Below are positions 28,788-40,047 of a stretch of 64,000 bases of DNA, piece after piece. Source of the stretch: an uncultured virus (IMG/VR IMGVR_UViG_3300018494_000116) (taxonomy: Duplodnaviria > Heunggongvirae > Uroviricota > Caudoviricetes). The DNA is taken from positions 1 to 64,000 of the IMG/VR virus record IMGVR_UViG_3300018494_000116; one strand, written 5' to 3'. The notes below the pieces were generated by a model. It had not been told where the DNA came from. It did not search any database and saw only the letters and a list, made by a program, of their open reading frames with translations. A program made the position numbers and the translations under genes. How positions within the stretch are numbered: position 1 is the first letter of the stretch; each line of letters opens with the position of its first letter.

Positions 28788-29921
28788 CTATATTAATGAA
28801 AATGCGTATTTGTCTATTATATTGAAGTCTATACAAGAACAGTCAATGCTATTATTGCCCCATTGTACGCTCATTTGTGGCAATAGTTCTCTCCATTCAT
28901 TAAAACACAATAAGTTAATTAAAAACTTCGTTTTTTGCGTACCCCAATATTTTGGCTCATTTATAATATGAAACCATCTAGTGCCTTTTGAAGCAGAAGC
29001 AAAAAATACCATTTCCTCAATAAAACTGTTTTCAAATCCTTTTTCACACCAAGAACGCAACCATTGAAATGTAATACGCTCCAAATGTTCTATTGGCGGC
29101 AAAAAGCATTTAATTTTATTTTGTTTAAATATGGCAAAAACTTTAATAAGTCGTTTTAAACTTTCCAATTCTACTTCGCCCTGTTCTATAGCGCGAATTG
29201 GGATTGCACCAATGTTGCTTTTTGTATGTTTACGAAAATCATTTAAAAATGACACAATTTTTTGTGCTGATTGTTCGTCGCTACCAATATCATTTCTCCA
29301 CTTAAATTTTGTACCTTTTGAGAAATGTAATCTAAAAAATTTTTCTTGAACACTTCTGTTGTCGATTAAAAATTTAATGGAAATTGGTGCTAAAAAAACA
29401 ATATTTTTTTCGCCTTTTAATTCTTCAAAACACTGTTCAATTTCTTCTGGTTTTTGCCGCCATAAAGTAGTATCAGTAACTATAGTACGCTTTACACCCT
29501 TTTTTGTATTTTTCCAAGATTGTCGCTTTTGTATTTTTTCGCCGCAATCAGTATAAAAAGTTACAAAATTAGCTTTTATATATGAGTTACTTTTTTCATC
29601 TGTTACATCATAAAGCAAATAATCAGGGCGACATCCCATAACTACCGTACCCAACTTTTTAGCACCACATAACTCAAATCTTTTTCCAAATAATACTGTG
29701 CGTTCATCATTTAAAATTTTTGAACTCATCGTGGGAGTGCTGTCCGATTCACCGAATACATACAATCTATCATATGTCATGGTTAGCTCAGACATATCTC
29801 CTACAAAATATACAGTGTCTTTGCGCTGCTTGTGAAATGACGACAGCTTCATACAATCTACATTTGGTAATTCGCTTTTATCAAATATCCAATCTAAATC
29901 TAAAATTAAAACTATCATCAT
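28788..29921 (-). CDS. radical-SAM-family-like protein lacking the CxxxCxxC motif
   Basis: ILDLD..PNVDCMKLSSFHK..D and RPDYLLY match the N-terminal signature of a phage radical SAM family as I recall it. Confidence 0.5.
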   Translation of the reverse strand: MMIVLILDLDWIFDKSELPNVDCMKLSSFHKQRKDTVYFVGDMSELTMTYDRLYVFGESDSTPTMSSKILNDERTVLFGKRFELCGAKKLGTVVMGCRPDYLLYDVTDEKSNSYIKANFVTFYTDCGEKIQKRQSWKNTKKGVKRTIVTDTTLWRQKPEEIEQCFEELKGEKNIVFLAPISIKFLIDNRSVQEKFFRLHFSKGTKFKWRNDIGSDEQSAQKIVSFLNDFRKHTKSNIGAIPIRAIEQGEVELESLKRLIKVFAIFKQNKIKCFLPPIEHLERITFQWLRSWCEKGFENSFIEEMVFFASASKGTRWFHIINEPKYWGTQKTKFLINLLCFNEWRELLPQMSVQWGNNSIDCSCIDFNIIDKYAFSLI

Positions 29922-32900
29922 TCTTCCGCCTTGCGCATAAGATAATCTAATGAACCATCTTCTTGTAATACAATTTTTAATATTGGATCAAAACCAGTGC
30001 TTCTATAAGTTTTAGGCATAAAAGTGTCACCTTTTAAAATGCCTGTAACAGCCAAAAAAGTGCCCTTATCAAAGAAACTATTTTCTAACACTGTCTTATT
30101 TCCTTCTTCATCTGTTTCAGAAAGAGTGTGCGCATATCGAGCAAATTGTTGCTTAAATACCTTAACATTAATTACTCCGTCTGGACACGACAAAGTAAAT
30201 GTACCTTTAGTGGTATCTTTATCAATAACCGCGCCAATAATGGTTCTCAATCTATATTTAGGCACTTGCTTACCTTTGATTGTCCAAAAGCCATCAAACT
30301 CGTTCTCAACCAAGTCTTTTACTCCAGAAATTTCAATAGGCAATTCTACCTTAGTTAGTGGATGTCCGCTATAATAGAAACTCATAGAATCAAGCTCCCA
30401 TTTTAACTCATCGCCGCTAGCATACTTATTCCACTCAGCCGCGAACAACTGTTCATTTAAGTTATTCAATAGAACATCATGATTGCTTTTTATAAAAGCG
30501 CGAACTTTATTCATTTCACTTTCATATATGCTGTCCCAAGTAGTTTTAGAAATTGTATTTACAATCATGCCATCTGTATTGGTCATTTGTTTTACAAAAG
30601 TCATTGGATAGTTATTTTCCATATAAAAATCCATCGCAACTGAGTCCAAAATATAACTGCTTGCTAACTTTTGTTTGCGAATATATTTGGTAAAATTATA
30701 TACTCTAATTTGATAACTATATTCTTGCGGAATAAGGTTATGTGCAATTAACATAGCAAAATTCTGTAATGTCAAACGACTTTTTGGCTCACAAGTTTTA
30801 TGCAAATAATCAGATAAGATTTCTGCTCTTGCTTTATTTTCTATATGGTTAAATGCACCAGCCTTAATTAAATTAACAACCCTATCTTTACTAATTTGTT
30901 TCTTACCATCTTCATCAACCATTCTTTCACAAAAGTCTTCCAAAGACGTGAAAGGTCTTTTGGCTAATATTGCTTGAATAATTGGCTCTCCAACGCGAGA
31001 AATTCCTCTCAACCCAAACATTACGCTATTGTCTTGTTCATTTGGTGTAAAACCAAATCGTGCGCTGTTAATGTCTGGCAGAGCAACTTCAGTAAATTCC
31101 TGTAATTTAATAATGGCACTTGCCATTTTACCGTATTGAACCTTATTTTGTTCACGCTTATCTTCTTCTTCTGTTGCCGTTACAATATTCTGCTCATTTA
31201 AGTTATAAAAATCTTCTGCATTAATTGCGCCTGCATCTGTAGAAAGACAAGCAGTTTTCCAATAAATATCAGGATAAAAATAACACAAATTCATTTCCTG
31301 AATTGCTATATATGAATATGCAGTTGTGTGAATGTCACTGAATGAATAACCAGCCTGCGTCATAATTTGTACATTCCATACATAATCCAATAACTCAAGT
31401 CTGGTTCCTCTTTCCAATCCTTTTTGATAGAAAAGATTTTTACCTTTTTCAAGCAAATCTCTCTTTTTCTTTGCTACTGCCTTACGAAGAATGTTCGCTT
31501 CACCAATAGTAAAGCCCGCAATCTTGTCATCCATAGCCAACTTCATCATTGACTCCTGCGACGCCGCAACACCATAAACGGGAAGCAAATGTGATTCAAG
31601 AATTTGAATTTCTACATCGTTTAAGTTTGCTTCGCGCATTTTTCTATACCAAATATTAATGTCTGCCTTATGTTTTGCGTATATCTCCAAAGGTAACTCA
31701 CCACCATCTTGAGCCATAAGTCTCATGACAGAGTTTCCTGTTAACAACTCGAGTAAACTATGCGGCTGAATAAGATTAACTGCCTGTCCTCCCTGTGCCG
31801 TATCAAACTGGAACGTACTAGGAATTTCTTTGTTACACAAGCTATCCCACATACCTTTATCAGTATAATTGATAGCATCAGGTGAAATATATTTAGTATA
31901 TGTTTTTCGCAAGTCTCCTTGCCATTCTATATGCTTATCTTCAAGCAACCAGTTCATACATACATGTATTTTATCCAGTGCTTGTACAGTAAGATAGTCA
32001 TATTTAACTCCACCTAACTGCTCGGTATCTTCCAGGTCATACGCGGTTACCAGAATGCCTTTGCTGGTTTTCATCGCTGCGTTATTTTTCCAAATAGGTT
32101 GGTTAAGAGCTAATACACCAGAAGCATGACAACCTAATCTAGTTATCATGCCCTCAATGGCACTTGCTACTTTCCACAACATAGGATATTTATCCATTTC
32201 TGCTTTAAATGCGGGGATAGCGCGATGGTCATCGTCTCCAAGATAACATTGTTTCAATGTCCAGTCAAAACCACGTTCATTTGGTATCATAGAACTAAAA
32301 TATGAAACCACATCATCATCTATACCCAAACCTCTTGCCGCGGTTTTAATAGCAGACTTACTACCTTCTGTTCCGTATGTACATACGTGTATCATATCTC
32401 CACCAAGAGACTGGAAATAATCTCTTACCTTATTAAATACAGCAACTCGCTTATCGGCTTCTGTATCTATATCAATATCAGGAAGACCAGGTCTCTCTGC
32501 GTGTAGGAAGCGCCAGAATGGGAGTTCTACTGGTTGAGTAAGAGGATTAATCTGTGTAATACCCAGTAAATATGCAATCAAACTACTACCTGCGGAACCA
32601 CGAGCCGGACCAACAAGTGTACCAGCTTCTTCCCACATAATGTCAATCATCTTTGCCATTGTGATGAAATAGTCGCTCATACTTTGTTCAAGTTGCTTGC
32701 TAATTTTATATAATTGTTCACATTCGTAGTTTAACTCTACAATATATTTTTCTTGATTTGGTAGGTCTTTAATTTTGTGCCAACCTTGAGAAACAAGATA
32801 AAGCATATAAACATCTGCGGGATTAACTTCCGTAAACATTTTAAGAATATAATCTACATCAGAAGTGATGGTTTGTGCCCATTCTATAAAAGAATTAACT

Positions 32901-33847
32901 GCCAATACAGATTCTGAATTATTTTCATATTTAATTTTAGGTATAATTGAGTTTTGTTTTAAATTATATCCTTGCACTCTTTCGCAAATAGAAAGTGTAT
33001 TTGCCGCCATTTGCATAAATTCGTCATGCATATTAGCATTATCAAAATATTCTTGTATTTCTTTAAATCCCATCATATAAGCGGAGGCATAGAAACTGTC
33101 TACTTCTCTGTCACCACTGCTTTTAGAATTTAAGAATACTTTATGAATTGCTGCATCATCTTTTTTCAAATAGTGCGAGTCTGTTGTGCAAATAAAATTA
33201 TATCTATCCCAATATGTCGCAGCCATATATTTATTATACATCAACTGGTCAGATTGTTTGGAGGGTTGTAGTTCAATAAAAAAGTTCTCTTTACCAAACA
33301 GCTCTTCCATCATACCAAGATGTCTTTCAATTGCTTCATATTCTCTGAGCGCATATTTCGAGCCACAATATCCACCAAGACAAGCAGTTGTTGCTATAAC
33401 ATGCCCCGGGTTTGCGCCAATAATATCAAACAAGTCTTCACTATAAGTTGGCGTTCTCATAATTGCTTTCATATAAGAACGAGACCAAGCGCGTGTACTT
33501 AATTCTCTAATTTGCTCGTGACCAATATCATCAAGAGCGATTAGAATAAGATGATAAAATTTTTCGCCTTTTTGATGAGTCTCTGCAGTCAAGTCACTGC
33601 GACAAAGATAAATCTCATTTCCAAGAATAAGTTTAAAATTATTTCTTACTTCTTCTGGCAGGCTGTTGTAATAATTCCATGCACGAACATGGCCGCCAAC
33701 AGAGTCGTGGTCTGTTATAGCCACTCCTGCCAATCCTAAATCCACGGCATATTGGATTAAATCTTCAATTTTGTTTATGCTATCTATTAACTTCAGATTG
33801 GAGATCTCTGAATGATTATGCAAGCTTGCATATGTATTAATATTCAT
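29918..33847 (-). CDS. dnaE: DNA polymerase III alpha subunit
   Basis: PHP motifs (LHNHS, AITDH, TDSHY), ARGSAGSSL, PDIDID, KYDYL, YSFSDIH, HhH and OB regions. Confidence 0.95.
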   Translation of the reverse strand: MNINTYASLHNHSEISNLKLIDSINKIEDLIQYAVDLGLAGVAITDHDSVGGHVRAWNYYNSLPEEVRNNFKLILGNEIYLCRSDLTAETHQKGEKFYHLILIALDDIGHEQIRELSTRAWSRSYMKAIMRTPTYSEDLFDIIGANPGHVIATTACLGGYCGSKYALREYEAIERHLGMMEELFGKENFFIELQPSKQSDQLMYNKYMAATYWDRYNFICTTDSHYLKKDDAAIHKVFLNSKSSGDREVDSFYASAYMMGFKEIQEYFDNANMHDEFMQMAANTLSICERVQGYNLKQNSIIPKIKYENNSESVLAVNSFIEWAQTITSDVDYILKMFTEVNPADVYMLYLVSQGWHKIKDLPNQEKYIVELNYECEQLYKISKQLEQSMSDYFITMAKMIDIMWEEAGTLVGPARGSAGSSLIAYLLGITQINPLTQPVELPFWRFLHAERPGLPDIDIDTEADKRVAVFNKVRDYFQSLGGDMIHVCTYGTEGSKSAIKTAARGLGIDDDVVSYFSSMIPNERGFDWTLKQCYLGDDDHRAIPAFKAEMDKYPMLWKVASAIEGMITRLGCHASGVLALNQPIWKNNAAMKTSKGILVTAYDLEDTEQLGGVKYDYLTVQALDKIHVCMNWLLEDKHIEWQGDLRKTYTKYISPDAINYTDKGMWDSLCNKEIPSTFQFDTAQGGQAVNLIQPHSLLELLTGNSVMRLMAQDGGELPLEIYAKHKADINIWYRKMREANLNDVEIQILESHLLPVYGVAASQESMMKLAMDDKIAGFTIGEANILRKAVAKKKRDLLEKGKNLFYQKGLERGTRLELLDYVWNVQIMTQAGYSFSDIHTTAYSYIAIQEMNLCYFYPDIYWKTACLSTDAGAINAEDFYNLNEQNIVTATEEEDKREQNKVQYGKMASAIIKLQEFTEVALPDINSARFGFTPNEQDNSVMFGLRGISRVGEPIIQAILAKRPFTSLEDFCERMVDEDGKKQISKDRVVNLIKAGAFNHIENKARAEILSDYLHKTCEPKSRLTLQNFAMLIAHNLIPQEYSYQIRVYNFTKYIRKQKLASSYILDSVAMDFYMENNYPMTFVKQMTNTDGMIVNTISKTTWDSIYESEMNKVRAFIKSNHDVLLNNLNEQLFAAEWNKYASGDELKWELDSMSFYYSGHPLTKVELPIEISGVKDLVENEFDGFWTIKGKQVPKYRLRTIIGAVIDKDTTKGTFTLSCPDGVINVKVFKQQFARYAHTLSETDEEGNKTVLENSFFDKGTFLAVTGILKGDTFMPKTYRSTGFDPILKIVLQEDGSLDYLMRKAEE

Positions 33848-33877
33848 AAAACTCTCCTTTTATTATTTTCTATTAAT

Positions 33878-33906
33878 ATTATAACACAAAATTCACAAAA
33901 AATCAA
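33878..33906 (-). promoter_or_regulatory. sigma-A-type promoter for dnaE unit
   Basis: TTGATT, 17 nt, TATAAT. Confidence 0.75.
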
Positions 33907-34292
33907 ATTTTTGTCGCAATTGCCCGCACAAAAGCAATCAATTCCGTGAAAGTGTAGTTCATATCATCGAACTCGGAAATATTTCCAAGCATCAATGCAT
34001 AATCTTCCGCGCTATTGCTATTTGCAATTAAATCCTTAGTAATCTTATCAATATAATTATAAGCATCGCCAATTTCTTTGTTGTTAAAGCCCTTTTGCGC
34101 AACTGTTGCTTGAAGAACAATAGCAGCATTAGAGAAAAACTTATTGAACATAGACTGTGAAGGCTTGCTCTTTATTGTTTTCCACAAAATTGATGCCAAT
34201 AAAAAGTTCCCATAACAAATTTGTTTTGAAATATTAACTTTGTTTAAATCTATTTTAAAACTAGTGTTTTTATATTTATACCAAGTATCCAT
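33903..34292 (-). CDS. hypothetical protein
   Basis: 129-aa ORF, TAATG-coupled to recJ, GGAGG RBS. Confidence 0.65.
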   Translation of the reverse strand: MDTWYKYKNTSFKIDLNKVNISKQICYGNFLLASILWKTIKSKPSQSMFNKFFSNAAIVLQATVAQKGFNNKEIGDAYNYIDKITKDLIANSNSAEDYALMLGNISEFDDMNYTFTELIAFVRAIATKI

Positions 34293-36049
34293 TAAAATAA
34301 TCCTCCAGTATTAGCTATTGGTTCAACTTCTATATCAGTAATTTTTACTTGAGAGGTAGTCGCTCCATTATATGTATTAAGAGCAGGCTTACCTATAACA
34401 GTAACTATAAAATTAGATGCGCTTTGTAATTTTTTTGCCAGTTCAGCGTCTTTAAATTTTACAAATGGAATGTTTTTAATTGTAATTCTAATGCTACTTG
34501 CATCTTTTCCCATAATACGAATATCATTTTTATTGACTCTGGCGCGAACTGCTATTTGCGGTTGTGGTATGCTATTGCCATATATGGCTTTTCCCTGAGC
34601 AAATTCGTATATCAATAATGGGTTTATATTATTCTCAAATATAGCGTCTACCATAATCGCATTGTTGGAAAAATCAATATGTGACATTTTTTCATTACAA
34701 GTTTCAATAAAATGTTCAAACTCTTCCGCCTTAATAGAGGCACCGAACGCGCATGAATGTCCTTGAGCGTATACGCTTTCTTCTTGGTCGCGTACAAACT
34801 GCAAAAATGAAGGAAGTTGCTCATAACTATAACTTCTTCCGCTTCCTGCAAAAGTTTTATTGCCTTCTGCGTCGATAACCGGTCTTAATACTAGTGATGG
34901 CTTACCATATAGTCTTAACAATTCCATAGCCACAAGTCCGGTAATGGTTTTTGGAACAACTACCTCGTCATCATCTGATACAACAACAGCAATAATTTGG
35001 TTATTATTTAAACCATTTTCTTCCACACGCTTCTGAAGAAACTCCAAGCATTTCATCTTTAGCCTGTTTTGTTCGTTCTTTACATTATAGGCTATACGAG
35101 CAGAACGATGATAAAAGTCTTCCATCGTAGTGGTGCCGCGCCATTCGTGCGGATAAAATTCAGTATGTTTTGTTTCAATAAAACCACGGAACAGAAGTTC
35201 TTTCTCTTCCATTGTTCCCATCCTAATCGTACCATTAATCAGGGGTGCAATATAAAATGCAACATCAATTTTGGTAGGAATATCACCTTCAATAGAATAC
35301 GCTTGCTTATCTAAAAGTGCCTTAAACATTGGATTAACCACATTGTTTAATCCTCTGTAGATAATATAATTATTATCTAATGTTCTGCTATCCATACAGT
35401 CTGCAATAATTCCCAAAGCTGCTAGATCATACAGTTCATTAGCACCATGCCAATTATATACTTTATCATATAGTTGTACAATTTTAAATGTCACTCCAGC
35501 ACCACTTAAGGCCTTATTGGAAAATAAATCAGACGTCTGATTATTAACCACAGTTATATACTCCATGCCTACGGGAATAGGCTTCTCTACTTGGTGGTGA
35601 TCCATAATAAATACATATTTACCCTGCGCATTTAGAACTTCCATTTCATGTAACTGATTGCTACCTGCATCTGGTACTATAATAACTTCCCTATCTTCTG
35701 GTATTTTATCCAATTCTATACCATGCTGCTTCTCTTCGTGTAACATCCATTGTATGTCCGCATCCGGAAACAGCTTTTTAAAATAATTATAAAATATTGC
35801 AGAGGATGTAAAACCGTCAGTGTCGCAGTCTACAATTAAAAAGAATTTCTTATTTTCAGTAAATAATTTATTTAACCAAGCTACTGTATGTAAAGCATTT
35901 TCTAAAAGTTCCCCATCAAGTTCATTTGATCTATTTGGAACTTTCATAAATTCTTCTACTGCTTCTATACCCAATGAGCGCAAATAATCAGCCAAAGGCG
36001 CAGTAGAATTACTATCAATTGCATTAGGATTTAATTTAAAATTTAACAT
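34292..36049 (-). CDS. recJ: RecJ-like ssDNA exonuclease (DHH family)
   Basis: DCDTDG, PDAGSN, MDHH, LSGAGV, GIIADCM, GSGRS, QGHSCAFG. Confidence 0.9.
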   Translation of the reverse strand: MLNFKLNPNAIDSNSTAPLADYLRSLGIEAVEEFMKVPNRSNELDGELLENALHTVAWLNKLFTENKKFFLIVDCDTDGFTSSAIFYNYFKKLFPDADIQWMLHEEKQHGIELDKIPEDREVIIVPDAGSNQLHEMEVLNAQGKYVFIMDHHQVEKPIPVGMEYITVVNNQTSDLFSNKALSGAGVTFKIVQLYDKVYNWHGANELYDLAALGIIADCMDSRTLDNNYIIYRGLNNVVNPMFKALLDKQAYSIEGDIPTKIDVAFYIAPLINGTIRMGTMEEKELLFRGFIETKHTEFYPHEWRGTTTMEDFYHRSARIAYNVKNEQNRLKMKCLEFLQKRVEENGLNNNQIIAVVVSDDDEVVVPKTITGLVAMELLRLYGKPSLVLRPVIDAEGNKTFAGSGRSYSYEQLPSFLQFVRDQEESVYAQGHSCAFGASIKAEEFEHFIETCNEKMSHIDFSNNAIMVDAIFENNINPLLIYEFAQGKAIYGNSIPQPQIAVRARVNKNDIRIMGKDASSIRITIKNIPFVKFKDAELAKKLQSASNFIVTVIGKPALNTYNGATTSQVKITDIEVEPIANTGGLF

Positions 36050-37097
36050 AATATCTACTCTCCAATAACTTATTAAAAATTTCTTTGCCACAATCAATAG
36101 GCGAAGCTTTATATGGTAACAAATGTGACCAATCCATAAGAACGCTCGTACTAAAAAATGGCGCTAAAGTTTTTGCAATCTTTTTATATTCTTCAAATTT
36201 ATTTTTTGTTTCTTTTTCTGTCCGATAATCCGCGTCATAAGCCAAAATAACTTCCTCTGCCCCAGCATTTTTTAATAAAAGTATATGCTGATTAGAAATA
36301 TTTTTACCAAGTGTCGCTACGCTATTATTGTTTTTTCCAAAATAGCTGTCCATCATCAACACGGACTTTTCTGACTCAAATATAACAGCAGTTTTAGTGT
36401 TTTTAATTGCGTTTATGGTTTGATTTAAACCGAATAATATTTGCGAACTTGGCGCGGATAAAATTTTATTTCCAAATGTAATTGGCTTATATTTAACATT
36501 TTCTTCTTCTGCCAAATATCTACCTCTTACACTAATTAACTTTCCTTTGTCGTCAAAAATTGGTATTGTAATACAGTTTGCAATCGGGTCATATCCTATA
36601 CTATATTTTTTCATAGTTGATAGAGTAATACCCTCCATTTCCCATATGGACAAAACATCAGTATTAAAAATAGATGCCTTTAACACCGACTCATCAATGG
36701 GCGGCAAATCCATAGTTTTATAAATAGACTTTGTAAACTGATACATATAATCAACTGCTTTTTGATATTCAGTATCATTACTCATATCTTGAACACTACG
36801 AGGATTAATTCCCGCAATATCCAATGCCTGCCATAAAACAATATCTTTGCCGCGCAACTTTTCAATTTTGATAATTAATTCAAAAATATCAAAACTAGCA
36901 TTACATTCTGTATAACAGTGAAATAAGCACGAATCCATATAGTAATACAATTTAGCTGAGCCGCCGACTGCATTGTGACAACAAGTAGGGAAAATAATAG
37001 CGCTTTCAGTTTGCATTACTGGATAAACATTATACTTGGACAATATTTGCATAATATTGTCCGCAGATAGAGATTGTCTAATTTCAGTTAATGTCAT
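36036..37097 (-). CDS. dnaG: DNA primase
   Basis: Zn finger (CCH...HCYTEC), TOPRIM FESEKS and AYDAD. Confidence 0.85.
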   Translation of the reverse strand: MTLTEIRQSLSADNIMQILSKYNVYPVMQTESAIIFPTCCHNAVGGSAKLYYYMDSCLFHCYTECNASFDIFELIIKIEKLRGKDIVLWQALDIAGINPRSVQDMSNDTEYQKAVDYMYQFTKSIYKTMDLPPIDESVLKASIFNTDVLSIWEMEGITLSTMKKYSIGYDPIANCITIPIFDDKGKLISVRGRYLAEEENVKYKPITFGNKILSAPSSQILFGLNQTINAIKNTKTAVIFESEKSVLMMDSYFGKNNNSVATLGKNISNQHILLLKNAGAEEVILAYDADYRTEKETKNKFEEYKKIAKTLAPFFSTSVLMDWSHLLPYKASPIDCGKEIFNKLLESRYYVKF

Positions 37098-38622
37098 AAG
37101 CACTCATTTCCTCTTCTGTTGTTGCATATTTTAAGATTGGCAAATCTCCCAATCCGCTGTAATCTTGATGTGTTGCTATAATATCTTGGCTACGACATGT
37201 ACCATAATCAAAATATCTAAATATTTTTATATTGCACATCTTGCCGCGACGATTTTTATAAATATCCATAACTACATTAGGTTTTTGATAATGCATGGTT
37301 GTCAATACATCAGCAATATTTTCCAACTCTTCTGGAGTGGCTAATACACCAATAATACCAACGTCTATCTTATCCGCCAATGCCTTAGCACCACGTAAAA
37401 GATTTGCATTTCGTACTGTTGTTTTCTGCCATTCTCCGTTCAGCTGAGAGCCAGTCATTATAAATATATTATATTCTGCCGCAATTTCTTTTAAAGTATT
37501 TGATAACATCATCAACGCTACATCTTCTCTAACACTAGGAAATTCAGCCATAAGAGAGGGTGAAGTAAATATATAGTCATAAAATACATATTGTACATCT
37601 TGTTCAATTATATAGTTTGTTATCATACGCTTTAATTTAGCTACACCAGGATCTGTAACAATTTCAATTATAAAATTGTCTTGATACTTCTCCATAATAT
37701 TAACGGCTATATTGAGCAATCTTTTTTCTTCTGGTGAACAAGTGTTCAACAAAATATGCTCTTCATTTACGCCACTAATCCAAGCTAAAATAAGAGTTTG
37801 TATTTCATCTTTTTGCATTTCTGTTGCAATAAACAACACTTTGCTTAAATCTGGGCGTGATAATATTTTTCCTCTTTCAATTTTAGGAAAAGCTATAGGA
37901 CAAGCATTACCTACCATACATCTCGTCTTACCAAATCCAGAAGGAGCAGAATACATATACATCTTACCTTTACGACATCCTCTGGTTGTATAATTTAATA
38001 TATCTCCTTCAATAGGAATACCAACTTCAGGGATATTCTTCAATTCTTCTAGAAGTTCTCTGACTCCTACGGATGCGGCACTACCAGTTACCTCTTGCGA
38101 TTTATAGTTATTATTTTCAACTATTTGTAACTTATTCTTTACTTTTTGTATAATTTCTGGAATTGTAGTGTGGTTTAATTTTTCAAAACTTTCCGCACGA
38201 GAAAGTGCATCATCTTTAATAAAATCATCAATAGAAAAACCATTTTCCTGCAAATCTCTTAAAGTAGATAGCTTTTTCAACCACATATAATTTGCTTCAA
38301 AATTAGATTCATTCCAATTTGCAGCATTTTCATATACCATATTTAATAGCATTTCACCATTTGCACTTTTGAATACTTCAAATTGAACTTCAGTGCGCTG
38401 TAAATATGTAATAAAAGATACTGGGTCTACTTCAGTAACACCCTCATATGCCATATTATATAAACAAGAGAAAATGATTTTAAAAATTCTATGTGGAAAA
38501 TCACGGACTGTGAGTATATATCTATCCGTTTCCAACAATAAACTTGGTTTGCGCATAATGCAACCACATACATACATGGCTGCCTCTGTGCTAAATAAAT
38601 CTTCATTTTTAATTATACTCAT
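37084..38622 (-). CDS. dnaB: DnaB-like replicative helicase
   Basis: SAPSGFGKTR, FIATEM, FYDYI, GSQLN, YKNRRG. Confidence 0.9.
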   Translation of the reverse strand: MSIIKNEDLFSTEAAMYVCGCIMRKPSLLLETDRYILTVRDFPHRIFKIIFSCLYNMAYEGVTEVDPVSFITYLQRTEVQFEVFKSANGEMLLNMVYENAANWNESNFEANYMWLKKLSTLRDLQENGFSIDDFIKDDALSRAESFEKLNHTTIPEIIQKVKNKLQIVENNNYKSQEVTGSAASVGVRELLEELKNIPEVGIPIEGDILNYTTRGCRKGKMYMYSAPSGFGKTRCMVGNACPIAFPKIERGKILSRPDLSKVLFIATEMQKDEIQTLILAWISGVNEEHILLNTCSPEEKRLLNIAVNIMEKYQDNFIIEIVTDPGVAKLKRMITNYIIEQDVQYVFYDYIFTSPSLMAEFPSVREDVALMMLSNTLKEIAAEYNIFIMTGSQLNGEWQKTTVRNANLLRGAKALADKIDVGIIGVLATPEELENIADVLTTMHYQKPNVVMDIYKNRRGKMCNIKIFRYFDYGTCRSQDIIATHQDYSGLGDLPILKYATTEEEMSAYDIN

Positions 38623-38638
38623 TAGTCCTTAAACTCCA

Positions 38639-39037
38639 TTATAAACTTGAAATATCTATGCCTTTTTTTCTTACTTTCTTTTTTATATCACCAACGCCGC
38701 AATAAATTGTCTGCGAACTGTTGTTTGCGGCTAAAATGATTTCTTGTTGTCTTTGAGCTTGCTTTTCTTTTTCTTGTCTTAACTTTTCAAAAAAGTTCTG
38801 CGCTTCTATATATACGGTTTTTACAATTCCAATTCCATATTGTTGATATGATGCTCTAAAATTAAAACCTTTAGCATCTATCAAATAACAAAGAGCACGG
38901 GCTATGCCTTTGTAGGTAAACCCGCGCTCAGTAAAATCTCTTATTTGTCGTTTAATTTGAAATGGAAGCTCCGTAATATCAAGCAAATCTTTAATCAATT
39001 GTTCAAGCTCTGCTCTTGAATACGGTTTTTCACACAC
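38639..39037 (-). CDS. hypothetical replication-module protein (possible helicase loader)
   Basis: Between AAA ATPase and helicase; YGIGIV motif. Confidence 0.55.
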   Translation of the reverse strand: MCEKPYSRAELEQLIKDLLDITELPFQIKRQIRDFTERGFTYKGIARALCYLIDAKGFNFRASYQQYGIGIVKTVYIEAQNFFEKLRQEKEKQAQRQQEIILAANNSSQTIYCGVGDIKKKVRKKGIDISSL

Positions 39038-40034
39038 TATAACGCTCCTTTATTTCCTCAAGAGAGGTACAAGCAACTTGTAGGGTTTCTATCATTGCGG
39101 GTGATTCTTCCACCTGACTGACGGGCACTCCCTTAAACATATTAGATAGCAATGTGGTTGTATCATTTTCAGCTGAAATATTTCCACAACCCAGCAAATC
39201 TTGTGCCAAACTAATTACTTTTGCTTTTAATTCTGCAAAATTAACCGCTTCTTTAACATAAGGATTTATTTCTACATAGTTTTCAGGACGTGCCAAATTC
39301 TCCATTTCGTACTGCTTTGCCACCGCATTTTCTAGTTCGGCACACAAATTTTCATATGTAAACTCAAATTTGGGTGAGAAATAACGGCTACGCGTTTTTG
39401 TATCAATTTGAACCAAGTTGGTGTAAGCATATACTGTAGGCTCATTTGTTTCTGGTTTTATTTCTTTGTGCAAATAAAACACAAAGTCTGACATCTGTTT
39501 TATGATAATTTCTGGTCGTCTATCTGTATCAATTTTTGTTTGGATATATTTCTGTTTTGTTGTAGAATCTTCCTTTTCCACCTCATCTGAATGAGCAAGA
39601 AGAATTACACCATAACCTTTTTGTGCAATAGAATAGATAGTGGTTTCAAATTCATCACGAATTTTCTTCCAACCAATACCATACTTACCTGCTTCTGTGG
39701 GATCACTAACTCCCATCTGGTTACACATATACTTGTAACAAGCTTGATAACACTTACCGGCAGTATCAATAATAACGGTAGAAAATCTATCTTTATTCTT
39801 TTGTAAATCTAACTGCTTTGTAACACTCTTAAAATCATTCCAGTTCTGTACTGGAAGAGCATTAGCGCCATTAATAAACTTATATCCAATATCATAAGCG
39901 ATAAGCAAATGGTTGGGGAAGGCACAAGCTACAGAAGTCTTTCTTGTGCCCATCTCTCCATAAAACAACCAAATTTTACTCACAGGGTCGGCAGTAACCA
40001 CATTAGGTTTTACATCATCAAGATTGATTGCCAT
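39030..40034 (-). CDS. AAA_24/Sak4-like ATPase
   Basis: YGEMGTRKTS variant Walker A, VIIDT Walker B, GYGVILLAH. Confidence 0.75.
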   Translation of the reverse strand: MAINLDDVKPNVVTADPVSKIWLFYGEMGTRKTSVACAFPNHLLIAYDIGYKFINGANALPVQNWNDFKSVTKQLDLQKNKDRFSTVIIDTAGKCYQACYKYMCNQMGVSDPTEAGKYGIGWKKIRDEFETTIYSIAQKGYGVILLAHSDEVEKEDSTTKQKYIQTKIDTDRRPEIIIKQMSDFVFYLHKEIKPETNEPTVYAYTNLVQIDTKTRSRYFSPKFEFTYENLCAELENAVAKQYEMENLARPENYVEINPYVKEAVNFAELKAKVISLAQDLLGCGNISAENDTTTLLSNMFKGVPVSQVEESPAMIETLQVACTSLEEIKERYSV

Positions 40035-40047
40035 ACCCGTTCACCTC

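Noticed and set aside
29918..33847. Intein or intron in dnaE (also checked terL, dnaB, gyrA/B, nrdD)
   Set aside because: Motif spacing is continuous; no intein splice motifs or LAGLIDADG blocks seen.
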